A stretch of 64,000 bases of DNA from Octopus vulgaris (GCA_951406725.2 OX597828.1:63302001-63366000); one strand, 5' to 3'; counted from the stretch's first letter, positions 27,500 to 42,438 are shown. Program-made: numbers and translations. Notes: generated by a model not told the origin, from the sequence alone.

Positions 27500-27703
27500 A
27501 AGGCGCTGAACTAGTAGAATCGTTAGTGCATCGAACAATCTGCTTATCGACGTTTCTTTCGGCTAAGTTCAAATTCCGCCGAGGTCGACTTTACTTTCCT
27601 TCCTTTCAAGGTTGATAGAATAAATACCAGTTAAACTCTGGGATAAATGTAATCGCCTTACCCCATTAAATTAGCTGGTATTGTACCAAAATTTGAAACC
27701 ATT
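27500..27703 (+). mobile_element. Family A SINE
   Basis: Head, B box, Nin core, tail. Confidence 0.8.
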
Positions 27704-27734
27704 TAAAATAAATCACAGTTACTCCGAAACTCTT

Positions 27735-28728
27735 TCCATTTATGCAATGTGCACCAAAGAAGAACGGAGATCGGTGATCTAATTTCTCTGGTCTGAAGGT
27801 GTGTCAGGGGCTGCAATTCCTCGCAGGCTTTCGGTACAATACAGGGATTGTGCTCTACCATATAGAAGTGTGTATGAGTGGATCAAGAAGTTTAAAAATG
27901 GCCGGACAAGCGTGAAGTACGAAGGAGAAAGACGCCCATCAACCTCTACCACTGACGTGAAAATCCAACAAGTTTAAGAGAGATGTTTCTGGCGAACCGG
28001 CGAGTGACCATAGGTGAGGTGGCATGTTCTCTGCAAATTAGTCATGGTTCTTCGTGCGAAATCGTCTACGACATGAAACCTGGATCCATTACTTCGAACC
28101 AGGATCCAAAAGGCAGAGAATGGAATGGAAACACCCGGAGTCGCCAGGGAGAAAGAAATAAAAAAAGAATGAAGCTTCCGCAGAAAAAATGTTAACAGTT
28201 TTGGGGGACTCAAAAGGGCCTATACTAGAACATTACATGAAAAAGGGTCTCTAACCACCAGGTAGGCTACAGTGAAATGCCGGCCCACAAACTGAAACCG
28301 ACAATTTGCACCAAACGCCGAGGTCTGTTGTCAAAGTAAGTACTATTGTTGCACATCAATGTACGCTCACATACAGCCGCCCACACCGTCGAAACCGTTG
28401 AAAAATCGGGTTTCGTGTTGCAGAAATACCCTGCATACAATCAAGATCTCGCCCCTTCCGTCTACCACCTCTTTAGACCACTCAAACATCATTTACGAAA
28501 TTGTTGATCGGTTACCGACGAAGCGCAGTAAACGGCGCAAAAATGGCCGCGCGATCAGCTGAAAACCTTCTTCTCCAATGCAACAGGATGCACACTAGTG
28601 GACTACTGGAAGAAATGCATGGAAAAGCAAAGAGGCTATGTCGAAAAATGATGTAATTGTTCAACCTCTGTTTTTGTTTTAATAGATTACAGACACAGAA
28701 GTGCATATAATTTTTGACTCAGCCTCGT
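27735..28728 (+). mobile_element. Mariner transposon relic (deleted, frameshifted transposase; 3' TIR)
   Basis: MCTKEERRSVI*FLWSEG...VYEWIKKFKNGRTSV, ETWIHYFEP, PAYNQDLAPS motifs; terminus tttttgactcagcctcg. Confidence 0.88.
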
Positions 28729-28780
28729 GTATGTGTGTGTGTGTATGTATGTCTATACACATATGTATGTCTGTCTGTCC

Positions 28781-28814
<34 letters not shown>

Positions 28815-29204
28815 ATGTCTGTCTGTATGTATGTCTGTATGTCTGTATGTATGTCTGTATGTATGTCTGTATGAATGTCTGTATGTATGTATGTATGTAT
28901 TTACCTATGTATGTTTGTATAATTGTTTTGAGAAAGAAGATTGATTAGAAATTCTCTCACAATGTAGAGGTTTGGACTTAGAAGTGCTCAAGAGTAACTT
29001 GAGACGTCAGATATAAATATGTAATGTGAAGAAACAAAATCGGAGTCATGTTTGCAGACTGAATTACCAGGTCTTTTGTTTCTTCACATTACATATGTAT
29101 GTAATGTGTATGTATGTATGTATGTATGTATGTATGTATGTATGTATGTATGTATGTATGTATGTATGTATGTATGTATGTATGTATGTATGTATACATG
29201 CATG

Positions 29205-29235
<31 letters not shown>

Positions 29236-29244
29236 ACATGCATG

Positions 29245-29276
<32 letters not shown>

Positions 29277-29503
29277 AATGTATGTATGTATGTATGTATG
29301 TATGTATGCATGCATGCATGTATGTATGTATGTATGTATGTATGTATGATACTTTTTTCTAGAGTACATATTTAGAAGGATGGTTGTGACTTCGAAGTTT
29401 CGGCCTGCTAGCCTTCGACGGACTGTGTAGATATTGGCTAACAGTCTGAAACTTCGAAGTTATAGTTACCTCTTTTCTTGTAAACGCATAACACACACAC
29501 ACG

Positions 29504-29569
<66 letters not shown>

Positions 29570-29879
29570 TGAGGTTATGTTATTGTCTCTCATAAACTAA
29601 ACTTTATAATTAAGTTAATAGGTCACGATAAGCATTTCTTTAGCATATTCAAACATTTGTTTGAAACCAACAAAGAATTCACACGCTCAATTTGTTTATA
29701 TTGAAGTCACAAGTTCTAATTTTCCATGAATGTATTTTCCTATTCAATTTTCTTTTTCAAATTAAAAACAATAGTTTTTGTTTTTAACTAGAAATGAACA
29801 AAAAATGCCACAGGAACTCACGTACAATGTCGATTTAGAACAAACTGCTCTCTTTGTCTTTCATTCCCTTGTGTCTATA

Positions 29880-30245
29880 CGGATAACATCTAAACAGTGT
29901 ATCTGTCAGTCACCATTTCTATATCGTGCCTGTCAATGCATGCAGGGAACATCTCGCAGAGTCTGGCTTTACATTCTACACATCTACACAGCGTCTATTT
30001 ACTCTGTCTATATATCAGTCAGCATTTACACACTGTGTCCATCCATCCAGCATCCACATTCTGTGTTTCTCTATCATCCAGTCAATGCCTACACACTGTG
30101 TCCATCTATATAGTGAACATTGGCACACTTCTTTGTGTTTATATACCCAGCCAACATCTATACACTGTATATATACATATATACCCAGCCTGCATCTACA
30201 CATCATATTTATCTATCGAACCCATTTACTTTCTAAACATCTATT
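29880..30245. repeat. Degenerate ~30-bp minisatellite (cagtcagcatctacacactgtgtccatc-like)
   Basis: Recurring cagcc/cagtc-agcatctacacactgtgt units. Confidence 0.55.
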
Positions 30246-31108
30246 GGCTACGTCTATCTTAGCCAACATTCAGACAATAGTTCACTGGGTCAACACCCAG
30301 CTATGGCGTCCATCTTATCCAAACAACAATTAGAAAGAGACTTTGCCCGGTCAGCCGACATGCCAAGCTAGAAATAACGAAATCGTCCCGAGTCTCACCT
30401 TATTGTATCAGAAAAATAAAGGTCCATGAGTAGTGTACTCGTAGAAAGACTCGGTCAGAAATAATACTGCAGTTTCTGGTTGGTAAATCTCTGCTCACAG
30501 ATCTGTCTTGGGTCGTGGCTTGACAGAATCATTCCAGCCTCGAACTTTAGACACATTGTTTCTTGTTCTTTATGATCGGAGTTCAAATCCTTGGTTCAAC
30601 TGGGCTTTTCATCCTTTTAGTGTCGATAAATAAAATACCATACAGCGGCGGCAGCAGCAGCAGCAGCAACATCATCATCAGCAGCAGCAGCAGCAGCAAC
30701 ATCAGCAGCAGCAACGACGACGACAACAACAACAACAGTGTTTGTAGTTAAATAATATGAAAATGTAGCAAAAATCTGTATTTCTCGGTTAAATTTTTAA
30801 AAACCTTAATATGTAGAGATTACAATTATCTAATCAACAGCCACAGCACGTGACCTAACTAATGAAAACATAATATTGATTACAATTCGTTAAGAAAAAA
30901 AAAGAAAAACACAAACGAAACACAAAAGTAAGAATCCTGACGCCTTTTTTTTTTGCTCTGGACCTGGTCTTAGATAAGTGTGGAGACGAATATATACAGA
31001 ATCATGTTACGTGCATGTACATGTGTGTATACATGTGCGTATATGTATATATATACACACATAATATATATACACATATATACACATGATATATATATAT
31101 ATATATAC

Positions 31109-31139
<31 letters not shown>

Positions 31140-31148
31140 TACATACAT

Positions 31149-31188
<40 letters not shown>

Positions 31189-32200
31189 GCAAAATATATA
31201 TACATACATACATACAAACAAATATATGTATATATATATGTGTGTGTGTGTGTGTGTACTTATACACAATATATGTGTGTGATAGGGTCGGTGGGGCGGG
31301 GTCGTGGTGGAGGATCGAAAAGGATGTATTGATATAGGCGAGGTGGAGGCGGTCTGTGTGTGTGGCCCAATACGGGGACTGAGTGATCAACTTGACTTTA
31401 TCATGGGAGCTTCCCTTTGATAGATATCAGTAATAGAGGTGGGGAGATATCGCTACCAAATGCTTTATCATTACCAGATGTAGTAGTAGTAGTAGTAGTG
31501 TACAGCGAAGAGTGTCATGTCATGTCCAGTTCTTGTTTTTCCTTTTTACTTGAATATAAGAAATCGTGTTATCGCCATTTTGTTCTCAATAAATGTCATC
31601 GAGATATTAACCGGTTTTATGATATTGGAGGCCATGCCAAAAATGTTACCATCGATACCATTTCACAGATGGAGATGCAGACGACTTGTATGAGTGGGTA
31701 GTTGGGGGGGGGGTATTCTGACTGAACAGCCAGCTGAATGGTTACAGATTTTTAGAACGTCATCATCATTGCGATGTGTTTGTGCCACAAGTGGCTGATT
31801 TGATTCATCTAGCAGCTAATAGGTACCATAGAGTGGTGTAGTTTATCACTGCAAGCTGTGACAGCGCTGATACAAGGTAGAGAACAAAAGGCATAGAGTT
31901 CCTAACAATTGGCTTAGATCCTACCTCTCAGCGTAAACAGTATGTTTTCTGTTGAAACATAAAAATCGCCATTATCCACTATAAAGCTAGGAGTCCCTCA
32001 GGGGTCCATACTGGGACCATTACTGATCCTTATCTATATAAATGACATGTGCAATTCTACTAATTTATTAAATCTTCTATATTTCGCTGATGACTCTACT
32101 ATTTTTATTAGTCACCAGGACCTTCCCTCCCTATTTAATACAATAAATTCAGAACTGGACAAGGTTTATCAATGGCTTATCACTAATCGACTTACCCTTA

Positions 32201-32252
<52 letters not shown>

Positions 32253-32266
32253 GTGTGTGTGTGTGT

Positions 32267-32590
32267 GAAGGCGCATTGCTCAGTGGTTAGAGCGTCGATC
32301 TTACGATCGTGAGGTTGTGAGTTCGAATCCTGGACCGGGCTGAATGTTGTGTTCTTGAGCAAGACACTTTATTTCACGTTGCTCCAGTTCACTCAGCTGT
32401 AGAAATTATTTGCGACGTCACTGGTGCCAAGCTGTATCCGTTATTGCCTTTCCATTGGATAACACTGGTGGCATAGAGAGGGGAAGCCGGTATGCATGGG
32501 CAACTGCTGGTCTTCCATAAAACAACATTGTGCTTGGGAGGGTAGCTTTCTAGGTGCAATCCCATGGTCAGTCATGACCGAAGGGGTCTC
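32267..32590 (+). mobile_element. tRNA-derived SINE (family C)
   Basis: gctcagtggttagagc A box, gagttcgaatcc B box, gtgttcttgagcaagacact central segment. Confidence 0.8.
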
Positions 32591-32865
32591 ATATATATAT
32601 ATACAACTCCGCAATCAAGTTCCACAAATTATTTCATCACCACCATACTTATTTCTATGAAATTATCCGTCGCCATTCTCTCCCTCATAACTATCAAGCA
32701 AGAAGTATGGCTGACTTGAATTTTCAAACACTCTTTTGTCAAATAAAGCTTTATTTATAACAGTATTAACACATGGAATGATATTTTACCACGAAAGTGA
32801 AACAACATTTTTTCGCTGTCAAATTTCAAAAAATTATCAAAAACCCACCTTCTGCTGAACCAAAC

Positions 32866-33282
32866 TCTTACGCTTTTACTTGTTTCAGTTATTTGACTGC
32901 GGCCATGCTGGCGCACCGCATTTAGTCAAGCAAATTTAGCCCAGGACTTATTCTTTGTAAGCTTAGTACTTATTCTATCGACTTCTTTTGCCGAACCGCT
33001 AAGTTACGGGGACGTAAATACACCAGCATCGGTTGTCAAGCGATGGCGCTGGTGGTGGTGGTGGTGGTGGTGGTGGGGGACAAACACAGACATGCAAACA
33101 TACACACACATATATATACATATATACGACGGGCTTCTTTCAGTTTCCATCTACCAAGTCCCCTCACAAGGCTTTGGTCAACCCGAGGCTATAGAAGACA
33201 CTTGCTCAAGGTGCCACGCAGTGGGAATGAACCCGGAACCATGTGGTTCGTAAGCAAGCTACTCACCACACAGCCACTCCTG
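32866..33282 (-). mobile_element. tRNA-derived SINE family B, full length
   Basis: Reverse complement of 43990-44397. Confidence 0.9.
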
Positions 33283-34875
33283 AGCCTCATTTATAAACTT
33301 TATTTTATAGACCCACAGTATTTATAACATGTGTAATAATTTATATTTTCTAAACTTAAAGAGATTTATTTTTACATACGTTTTTGACCGTCTTGCTTGC
33401 ATGCAAAGGCTCTTCCTTTCTTTTTTTTTTTTAATAATTATTGACCTATTTACTTTTTTATTTATGACCTCCTACCAACTTGCCCAAATCAGCCAAGTTA
33501 CCAAAGGGCTTAATTCGATTTTTAATGCAATTTCTGAAAAATTTTTGTAATCTTTCTTATTATAATCGATAAAAAATATTTGATGTAAATTGGATCAATA
33601 TATTTATTTATCTATCTGTTTGTCAGGTTACCAAGTCTACGTAAAGTACAAGGACATCACTTGTAACACTTGCATGCATACATACATACATACATACATA
33701 TATACATACATACATACACACACACATACACACACACACACGCACATAGTATATATCAATCACAGTGTGTGTGTGTATAATGATTTATGCATACATTTCC
33801 ACAATTCTCAACCAATTTTCACCAAACTTTACACATCAAACTTTACACATCAAACTTTACACACAAGGATAGTCATGCACTAAACGTTTTGCTCAGAGCT
33901 CCCGCGTAAATGGACATAGTTTTTTTCGTATGTAGGGTCTTCCATACTTTTATAATCTTTTTATAGAAGTGAAAGGATTTTGTCTATTTATTTATTTCGA
34001 CTTCCCACCTGTCTCGGTGATTAAACTGACTGGGAACACTGTACGTGATGAATATACCAAACAATCTGAAACTGGTTTAAACTTTGACAAGCTTACCTTT
34101 ACCTATTCTGAGTTAACTGAAAGGTGATGTTCCCTTCCCTCTCTTCTATTTGTTGATACCTTTGTTCACCTACCAATGCGTTGTTTCACTTTAAGGATGC
34201 TTATTAACCCATCCATTATGATATTTCGACTGTTGTCCGTTGTTTGAAATACATTTTAGCATTGTCGTTCTAACCATTTTTATACAATCACATATGATTC
34301 GTCCCAAATAATCATACTTGAAATAAGATCTTTGCTTCCACTAGCGAAAGCTATACGTATCTTTCAGAAAGCTCCATACCAATTTAACTTTATGCAGCAC
34401 TCGCTGTTAGTTTATGCACAGGCAATGTGGGAAAACAAACTAAAGGGCCTTTTGTTAGCTTGTTTCGCCGAAAAAATAGCTCCCTTTGCTGTTGAAAAAA
34501 CATAAACTCGCAGAGGAGGAGTTTCAACGTCTTCGTTGTATTTCATTACACAATTTATGTGGCTGTTTCTGCTAAGAAATTTCGCTTTCATGTAAAACAA
34601 CTATATTTTGTAGTCATCCGTAATCTACTCCCAAAACACTTCCCTAGCCCTACTTTGCATAGCTTCTAAATTTATATGTTGAATGATCATCAAAGTACAA
34701 CGACTTCCACAATAACCAGCGTTCAATTTGATTTTCCTTTCCTAGGTTAATCGGAAACATGGACTGCCGTGCTACTCATGAACCTTCTCGGTAGTTCAAT
34801 TCTTTGGTGAAAAAATACCACGAAAACAACTTAAACCGCCCAAAGGTGCGTTTGCTAGTACACACACACACACAC

Positions 34876-34959
<84 letters not shown>

Positions 34960-35042
34960 CTTTATTTTAAGCAGCAGAAAATTCAACAAAATCTGTTACT
35001 CTGAGTTTCTCGTTGCCGTATATCTATATATATATATATATA

Positions 35043-35893
35043 CAGAGTACGGTGGATAAACTGTTGTCTAAATTACGCAAAAATGAAACTAACACTGACA
35101 TCTCATTTTAAAAGTTATGTTTACTAAAATTACATAAAAGTATTTTGAAATACCAAAGAGCAAATTTATTCAATAAAATCGCCATTAGCTTCAACCATGG
35201 CCTCCAGACCACTTTGGAATCTCCTGTAACTCTTCTGGACGGTTTCCTTGTATATATGTTGGTCGATGCTGCCATAATCCTTGCCTTCAGTTCATCTTTG
35301 GTGTTACAAGGAGTAATGTTGGTCTCTCGCTCAACTGCACCCCACACAATAATCAAGGGGGATGCAGTCTGGGGAGTTAGGTGGCCAGAGTTAGATGGCC
35401 AGTTAGGTGATCAGATGCTAGAAATTGTCTGAAAGCCATGACTGGGATCTCTTGCTTCCGTGGCATGGTGCAGAGTCCTGTTGCCAGACATAGGGTCTTC
35501 TAGCACTACCCTCTTGACCCAGGGTAGCACTACATCCTCAAGGCATTTGATGTAGGCCGCCGTGTTGAGTCTGAGGCCGTGTGGGAAGTTGAATGGAAGC
35601 ATAACGTCACCGTCACTAGTGATTGCCCGAAACACTATGATGCTTAATTTTTACCAATGTCCTCAGAGTGACTCTCAGACACTCTGAAATGTTCGTAGGT
35701 GCGAATGCCAAGCAGTACAGCATGTCGTTTCCAAATTTCTGGCAGAGTGAATTGCGTCATAATGCTGTTTATCTCACAGACGGTGCCCAACTGACCCTAC
35801 CATATTGCGTAGTCGACAAAATCAAAAAGAAACAATGCGCATGCACAAAATAAAAGATATAAAATGGCGACAATTTATCCATCGCACACTCTG
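35043..35893 (-). mobile_element. Internally deleted Tc1/mariner (maT-like) element with both TIRs
   Basis: TIRs cagagtacggtggataaactgt / acaatttatccatcgcacactctg; transposase pieces ITSDGDVM..., YVWQQDSAPCH, PLDYCVWGAVERETN. Confidence 0.85.
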
Positions 35894-36291
35894 TGTGTTT
35901 GTGTCTGTATGTGTGTGAGTGTATGTATACATACATACATACATACATATAATACATATACATATATATACAAATATATATATATATATATACATATGCG
36001 CGCGCGCGCGTGTGAGTAAGTACGTATACCTTCAGGCATGTATATATATAAACGGGTTCATGTGTTTTATGTTAACCTCTTCTATTCCCTCTCGCCCTTT
36101 AAACCGTGTCATTAAGGAGAAGTGGTCCCTATCAGTTGCGTGCCTTAATGACTTCAGATTAAACTGAAGGGGACAGACGATCCCTATCAGGAATTGAATT
36201 AACGGAGATATCTTCTCTCTCTATTCTTTCCATGTGATATCGTTGATATTGATTAAAACACATCATACATGCATACACACATACGCATAGG

Positions 36292-36323
<32 letters not shown>

Positions 36324-37000
36324 TATATATGTATATAAGAACTTCCTCGCATATTATTAGATAAAGTAGGAAATAGTATAGCAGTTTTATACACCCACGC
36401 ACACACACACATACATATATATGCAAATATATACGAACACACACTCATACACACACACATATATATATTATATACACATACTCACAAACACAGACACGCA
36501 TATTTGAATATATACGCATGTATGCATGTGTGTATTTATGTTTATGTGTATATATACATATATGTATGTATGTATATATATATACATACATATATATATA
36601 TACACATGCACACTCACACAAACACACGCACGTATGGACATATACATATATACAGACACATGTGTGCAAGTCCTTTTATTTCATTGGTTTACAATTGTTT
36701 CCTTGTAAATCAATCTCATTTCCATTGCTATAGTATATACAGGTATTTTACACAAAGAGTCCCAGACACAAAACCCAAGACCGATTCCTCTGAATCGTGC
36801 ATAACAGTTATTTGGTGTGGAAACCTGGGAGATGTAATCTAGATGTGTTTAATTGGCTACATTTACATTTTACCCGCCACACAAAACCGAACAATTCCCG
36901 CATTGAGTGGAACAGCGAAGAAGGATGAAACGAAGACGGAATGCGTGTGGGTTTTCGTGTGATATAGCCATCAATGCTCGGATTGCCACCAGTCTGATAG

Positions 37001-37056
<56 letters not shown>

Positions 37057-37078
37057 AAAACAGAACACAAAGGATGTC

Positions 37079-37170
37079 GCGGTACACGTGTTTCAAGCTT
37101 TATAAAACAACCTATTCTTACATCAATGTACAATCGACATAACAGATGGTTTAAAGCTCTCTTCAGCCGC
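37079..37170 (-). ncRNA. Type I hammerhead ribozyme
   Basis: gcgg-CTGAAGA-gagcttta[65-nt helix II]taaagctt-GAAAC-acgt-GTA-ccgc; all three stems pair and the core is intact. Confidence 0.88.
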
Positions 37171-37478
37171 ATGCAATTGGTATACCAAAGATTTCCATCA
37201 CATTATGAAAAAACCGAAAATGTACATTTTGTATTATCTATAATGGTGGGTGTATTGATTTTCACTGAGAAACTATGTTTGTAAATCTTCATAATCAAAT
37301 AGGTGTGTAGGGTATCATTGGACATCAAAAATCCGTCCATACTCTATCATCAGTCAACATAGAGTGAATGTTGAGTAGATTCGAGTGGGTCCATTCCTCT
37401 TGTAAGGGAAGGAAATAAGGAGAAGCTACTAGCTGGCATATACAGGTGCTTACACTTATCAAGTATTCACCCTGAAAT

Positions 37479-37510
<32 letters not shown>

Positions 37511-37520
37511 TACATACATG

Positions 37521-37564
<44 letters not shown>

Positions 37565-37652
37565 TATATATATATATATAATTATATATATATATGCATA
37601 TATACATATATATATGCATATACATATATTTATGTAGATATATATATATATT

Positions 37653-37710
<58 letters not shown>

Positions 37711-37734
37711 CACACACATACATCATACATCCAG

Positions 37735-37807
<73 letters not shown>

Positions 37808-37985
37808 TCAATATAGGGTGGCAAAAAAATTTTGTAGAATTCTTTTGCCACCAGCAATCGGCGGCTTATATTTATTTGCTGCCGATAAATTTGGCGCGAG
37901 TGCGACGATTTGAAAATTTTAGGTCAGATATTGACGAGGTAGCAATGAGAATGCCTCGTGAAAAATATCTGTTCCGGTTTTGGCT

Positions 37986-38092
37986 ATTTCTTACTGATGA
38001 ATCTAAGGGCCTATGGTAGAGTGGCTTGATTTAATTTAATCAGGTTAGTTTTCCATTAAACAGAAGATGAAACGGTGCATCGTCTAAGAAAT
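37986..38092 (+). ncRNA. Type I hammerhead ribozyme
   Basis: atttctta-CTGATGA-atct[68-nt helix II]agat-GAAAC-ggtgcatc-GTC-taagaaat; 8-bp stem I, near-palindromic stem III. Confidence 0.88.
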
Positions 38093-38212
38093 TACAGGGT
38101 AAATGTTTTTCAATTTTCTCCTGGTTTACGAAATTGACATTATTTTGCGGTTAAAGCTTTTGGCTGTTATTTCTAGTGGGTGAATGGCCTATTATGGCCG
38201 TTCCTTGATTGT

Positions 38213-38246
<34 letters not shown>

Positions 38247-38647
38247 ATCCATCCATCCATGCATAAATACAAACGTATACATGCACGTGTCTATTCTTTT
38301 ATTCATTTTCTTGTTTCAGCTATTTTGACTGCAGCCATGCTGGGACATCATATATATATATATCTATATCTATATATATTTATATATTTCCTCCCGGTAC
38401 TTTCCTAACAACACGGTCTGATAGACGCACAATATAACAGCACGACTTTGATGCAAGTCTGAGGAAGTACCTCTCCAAAGTTTAAAACATTATGCAATTT
38501 TTCTTTAAGTATTTTCGCGTAAACTGGCGTTGCAAATGGAAATGGCACGGAAACATTTGTAACTTATGATTAAAGATGTGTTAAAGAATTTTCTGTCTTC
38601 TTCTTTTCATTGGTATACACACATATACACACACGCACACACACATA

Positions 38648-38865
38648 CAGGGTGCGATGGGTAAATTGCCGCCATTTTATATTTTATTTTGCGCATGCAC
38701 AGTATAGTAGGGCCAGTTGAGCGCACCTTTGTGAGATAAACAGCACCATGACGCAATTCACTCAGCCAGAAATTTGGAAGCGACATGCATTCGCACCAAG
38801 AAGCTCCAATACGAACACTTCAGAGTGTTTGGATGTCAATCTGAGGAAAATGCAATCTGAGGACA
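38648..38865 (+). mobile_element. 5' end of the same maT-like family as 35043-35893
   Basis: TA|cagggtgcgatgggtaaattg TIR; MTQFTQPEIWKRHA start homologous to the reverse complement of 35660-35893. Confidence 0.82.
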
Positions 38866-39039
38866 CGTACTGAGAGTGATAAAAATTGCAAGATGCAATG
38901 AAAATTTTAGTAAAAATAAACAAGTGAGTGGAAATCAGACCAGTGAGTGAGGCACTAAAAGAGAATGACTCTCCCCAGACACAATAATGTATACACACAC
39001 ACACACACCCACACACACACATGTATATATTTATGTGTG

Positions 39040-39212
39040 TGTGTCTGTGTTTGTGCCCCTACCATCGCTTGACAACCGATGTTGGTGTATTTATGTCCCA
39101 GTAACTTAGCAGCTTGGCAAAATTGAGCGATAGAATAAGTACTATGCTAAAACCCCCTTTACTGCGTTGCTCCAGTAAAGCCGCATTCAAATGACTGAAA
39201 CAAACAAAAGAA
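39040..39212 (+). mobile_element. SINE family B, 3' half
   Basis: atcgcttgacaaccgatg...gatagaataagtac...atgactgaaacaa. Confidence 0.8.
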
Positions 39213-39411
39213 TACATATCCATATATATATTAATTCCTACAAACTTGCGTCCATATTTTCATCCCTTCATTCACCTCCCCAAATACACATACATACACA
39301 TACACTTACATAGTGATATGTGCATGAATGTATTTATATATTCATATATGTACATATTCATATCTATGTTTGATTATACGTAGATACGCAAACACACATA
39401 TATACACACAC

Positions 39412-39533
<122 letters not shown>

Positions 39534-40153
39534 ACACATATATATACATGTATTGTGTATATATATATATATATATATAACGTATATACATACATACATA
39601 CATATATACATACCTATATACATATATACACACACACATACACACACGTTCGGATCTACAAATAGGGTCTTGTACGAAATGTCACGTTCGCCTGATAATG
39701 TATTTGCTCCCTTGAAAGGTAAAAGGAATCCAGAGCTAAGAGTCCTGGCAAAGGGGACCGTCAGGGGTGTCATAACCACTTATAAGCATTAACTACCACG
39801 ACACCCTGCGGCGAAGTCGTGTTTCTGTAGATTACATTAGGCTCTTTGATTGGTGGAGCGACAATTTCCAACGCCCCCCCCCACCACAACCACCTAAACA
39901 ACCGCCCTCACACCATTACAACTACTACCGCTACTCCCAGCATCAGTACACTCACCTTCATTATTAACAGCCCCATCAGGTTTCACCACCCAACCCTACC
40001 CCATTTACCCCATCACCTCAGCCATGCCCACCACATACGAATCATATATGTATTTTATATATTTTTGGCTCTACAACTGCTTGGTTTGGCTTTCTTGGTG
40101 ATAGAGAATTCGATTCTGGCTTTACTAGCGTCAGTAAGTTTACACACACACAC

Positions 40154-40234
<81 letters not shown>

Positions 40235-40734
40235 AACACACAAAAACAAACACACACAAACACACACACTTACACACACACATTTACACACACACATTTA
40301 CACACACATATTTACACGCATACACACATACACATGAGTGTGTATATATGTATGTATATCTGATTTGTATTTACTTTTGTACTCTTTTATTGGTTTCATT
40401 GAGAGGCCGTGGCGGCCATGCTGGGGCCGCACAGTTAGCACAAATGTTTGCTTATCATAGATTCTCTTCCTGGTTCTTTCTTCAGAAAGGGTCCCGAGGA
40501 AGTTGTGAGTTGGAAATGCTGCCCTTCTTCGAGGTTTTGCCGTGATGTGGACTCTTCAGGTATATTAGATGAAAATAGGTTTTATGACGTGCCTTTTCAA
40601 ATTCGCGAGGCCCCCGCCCCGTCAGCTTGTAGCTTTTACGGTATTAGGTGCTTTGTCGAGACGGAATAGGCGGAACCTTTGGTATTGCGCAGCGGGGTTC
40701 ATGGAAGGGGTTCACGGAAGGTTAAAGAATCTTC

Positions 40735-40975
40735 TCTCTTTTATTTTTTACTTGATTCAGTCATTAAACTGCGGCCATTCTGGAGCATCACTTTCAAGAA
40801 TTTTTAGTGAAATGAATCGACCCCGGTACTTATTTTTTTAAAACCTGGTACTTATCCTATCGATCTCTTTTGTCGAACCGCTAAGTTACGGGTACGTAAA
40901 TAAAGCAACATCAATTGTGAAGTGGTGAACTCAGAACCATGTGGTTCGGAAGCAAGCCATAGCAACAAGACCACT
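40735..40975 (-). mobile_element. SINE family B, deleted copy
   Basis: Reverse-complement tail and head fragments. Confidence 0.75.
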
Positions 40976-41524
40976 TATGCTATGCGTTGACCTCACTTCT
41001 TCAGACAACTTGTAGATTCCAGCAGATTTCAAAGATTATTCCAGTTATTAATTCACTCCTGAAGCTGTTAATGATATTGTCTTAATCAATATATTGATTA
41101 TAGTTCTTTTATATTCGTCCTAAAGTGATCGATCGGCAGAATGGTCAAACTGTCGCTAAAATACCTTTCCGTAATTCTAGTTCCTTGCATTCTGAATTCA
41201 AATCCTGCCGGTCTCAGCGTTGTCTTTTATTAGTGAAGAACCAGTCATATACTGGTATCGGTTCCTCCCCTCTCACGGATGAGAGGTTTTGCCGTATTTG
41301 TTCCAGTTCCCTGGGTGATAATTTGACTTAATCCATATCCGGCCGCAGGTTTCACTCTATTATAGGGTCCTTTAGAGATATTAACGGCTTTTCTTTTATG
41401 TAGCAAGCATGCAACCTACTCCCTCCTTCCCTCCCTCCCTTCCTCTCTTCCTTCCTTCCTCCCTTCCTTCCAGTCACGAAGGCCCTGGAAAAATGAACGC
41501 TCATAAACACTGGCCATCCATCCC

Positions 41525-41598
<74 letters not shown>

Positions 41599-41736
41599 CA
41601 TCCATCCCTCTATCTATCTATCTATCTATCTAGCTAAGTTATCTATTTCTCTCGTCCCCCCTGTGTGTGTGTATGTGTTTATAAACACACACACACACAC
41701 ACATTCATATATAATACAATATATTGTATTATATAT

Positions 41737-41955
41737 GAAGTGACAGAGTCGTTCACACGTCGGGCTGTATGCCTGGCGGCATTCCGTTCGTCTTTGCGCT
41801 CTCTGTTCAATTCTGCCGACGTCGAATTTGCCTTTCATCCTATCGCGGTCGATGAAATAAGTACCACTCAAGCACTGAGGTTGATGTAATCGACTGATCC
41901 CACCCCCCTTGCCCCAAAATCTTAGGCCTTGTACTTTTAGCAGAAAGGAATGTCT
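41737..41955 (+). mobile_element. Family A SINE
   Basis: Head, Nin core, ggccttgtac tail. Confidence 0.8.
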
Positions 41956-41968
41956 TATATAGATACAT

Positions 41969-42060
<92 letters not shown>

Positions 42061-42294
42061 AGCAAATAATTCAGGAGAAAATAATTTGCGAAGATATCAT
42101 TGACTCTATTATTATCTCGTGTAGCAATTTTAAAATGATAATAATAGAATCAATAATATAGGCGATTGCAGACCCCAAAAAGGCATTAAATAGCTGAAGG
42201 ATTAAAATGAATCAAAGGACATACTAAGTATGTCTACCTGCTGGAAATAACAGCAAAATAATCTAATTAATATATATTAGCGGTTCGGTCCGTC

Positions 42295-42438
42295 ACTTAG
42301 CGGTTCGGCAAAAGAGACCGATAGAATAAGTACTGGGCTTACAAAGAATAAGTCCCGGGGTCGATTTGCTCGACTAAAGGCGGTGCTCCAGCATGGCCGC
42401 AGTCAAATGACTGAAACAAGTAAAAGATAAAAGATAAA

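Larger units (their letters stand above)
31915..33600 (+). mobile_element. Crack/L2/CR1-group LINE relic, interrupted by two SINEs
   Basis: KLGVPQGSILGPLLILIYINDMCN...LYFADDST...WLITNRLTLN (31980-32202); SFIYNSINTWND near 32750; 3' extent approximate. Confidence 0.8.

Noticed and set aside
33770-34850. Possible Helentron or other DNA transposon relic
   Set aside because: Only a short accaattttcaccaaact motif and an IIWDE fragment; not enough to call
34985-35020. Hammerhead on the minus strand (GAAAC-tcaga-GTA-acag)
   Set aside because: The 5' core and stem I partner are missing; at most a truncated relic
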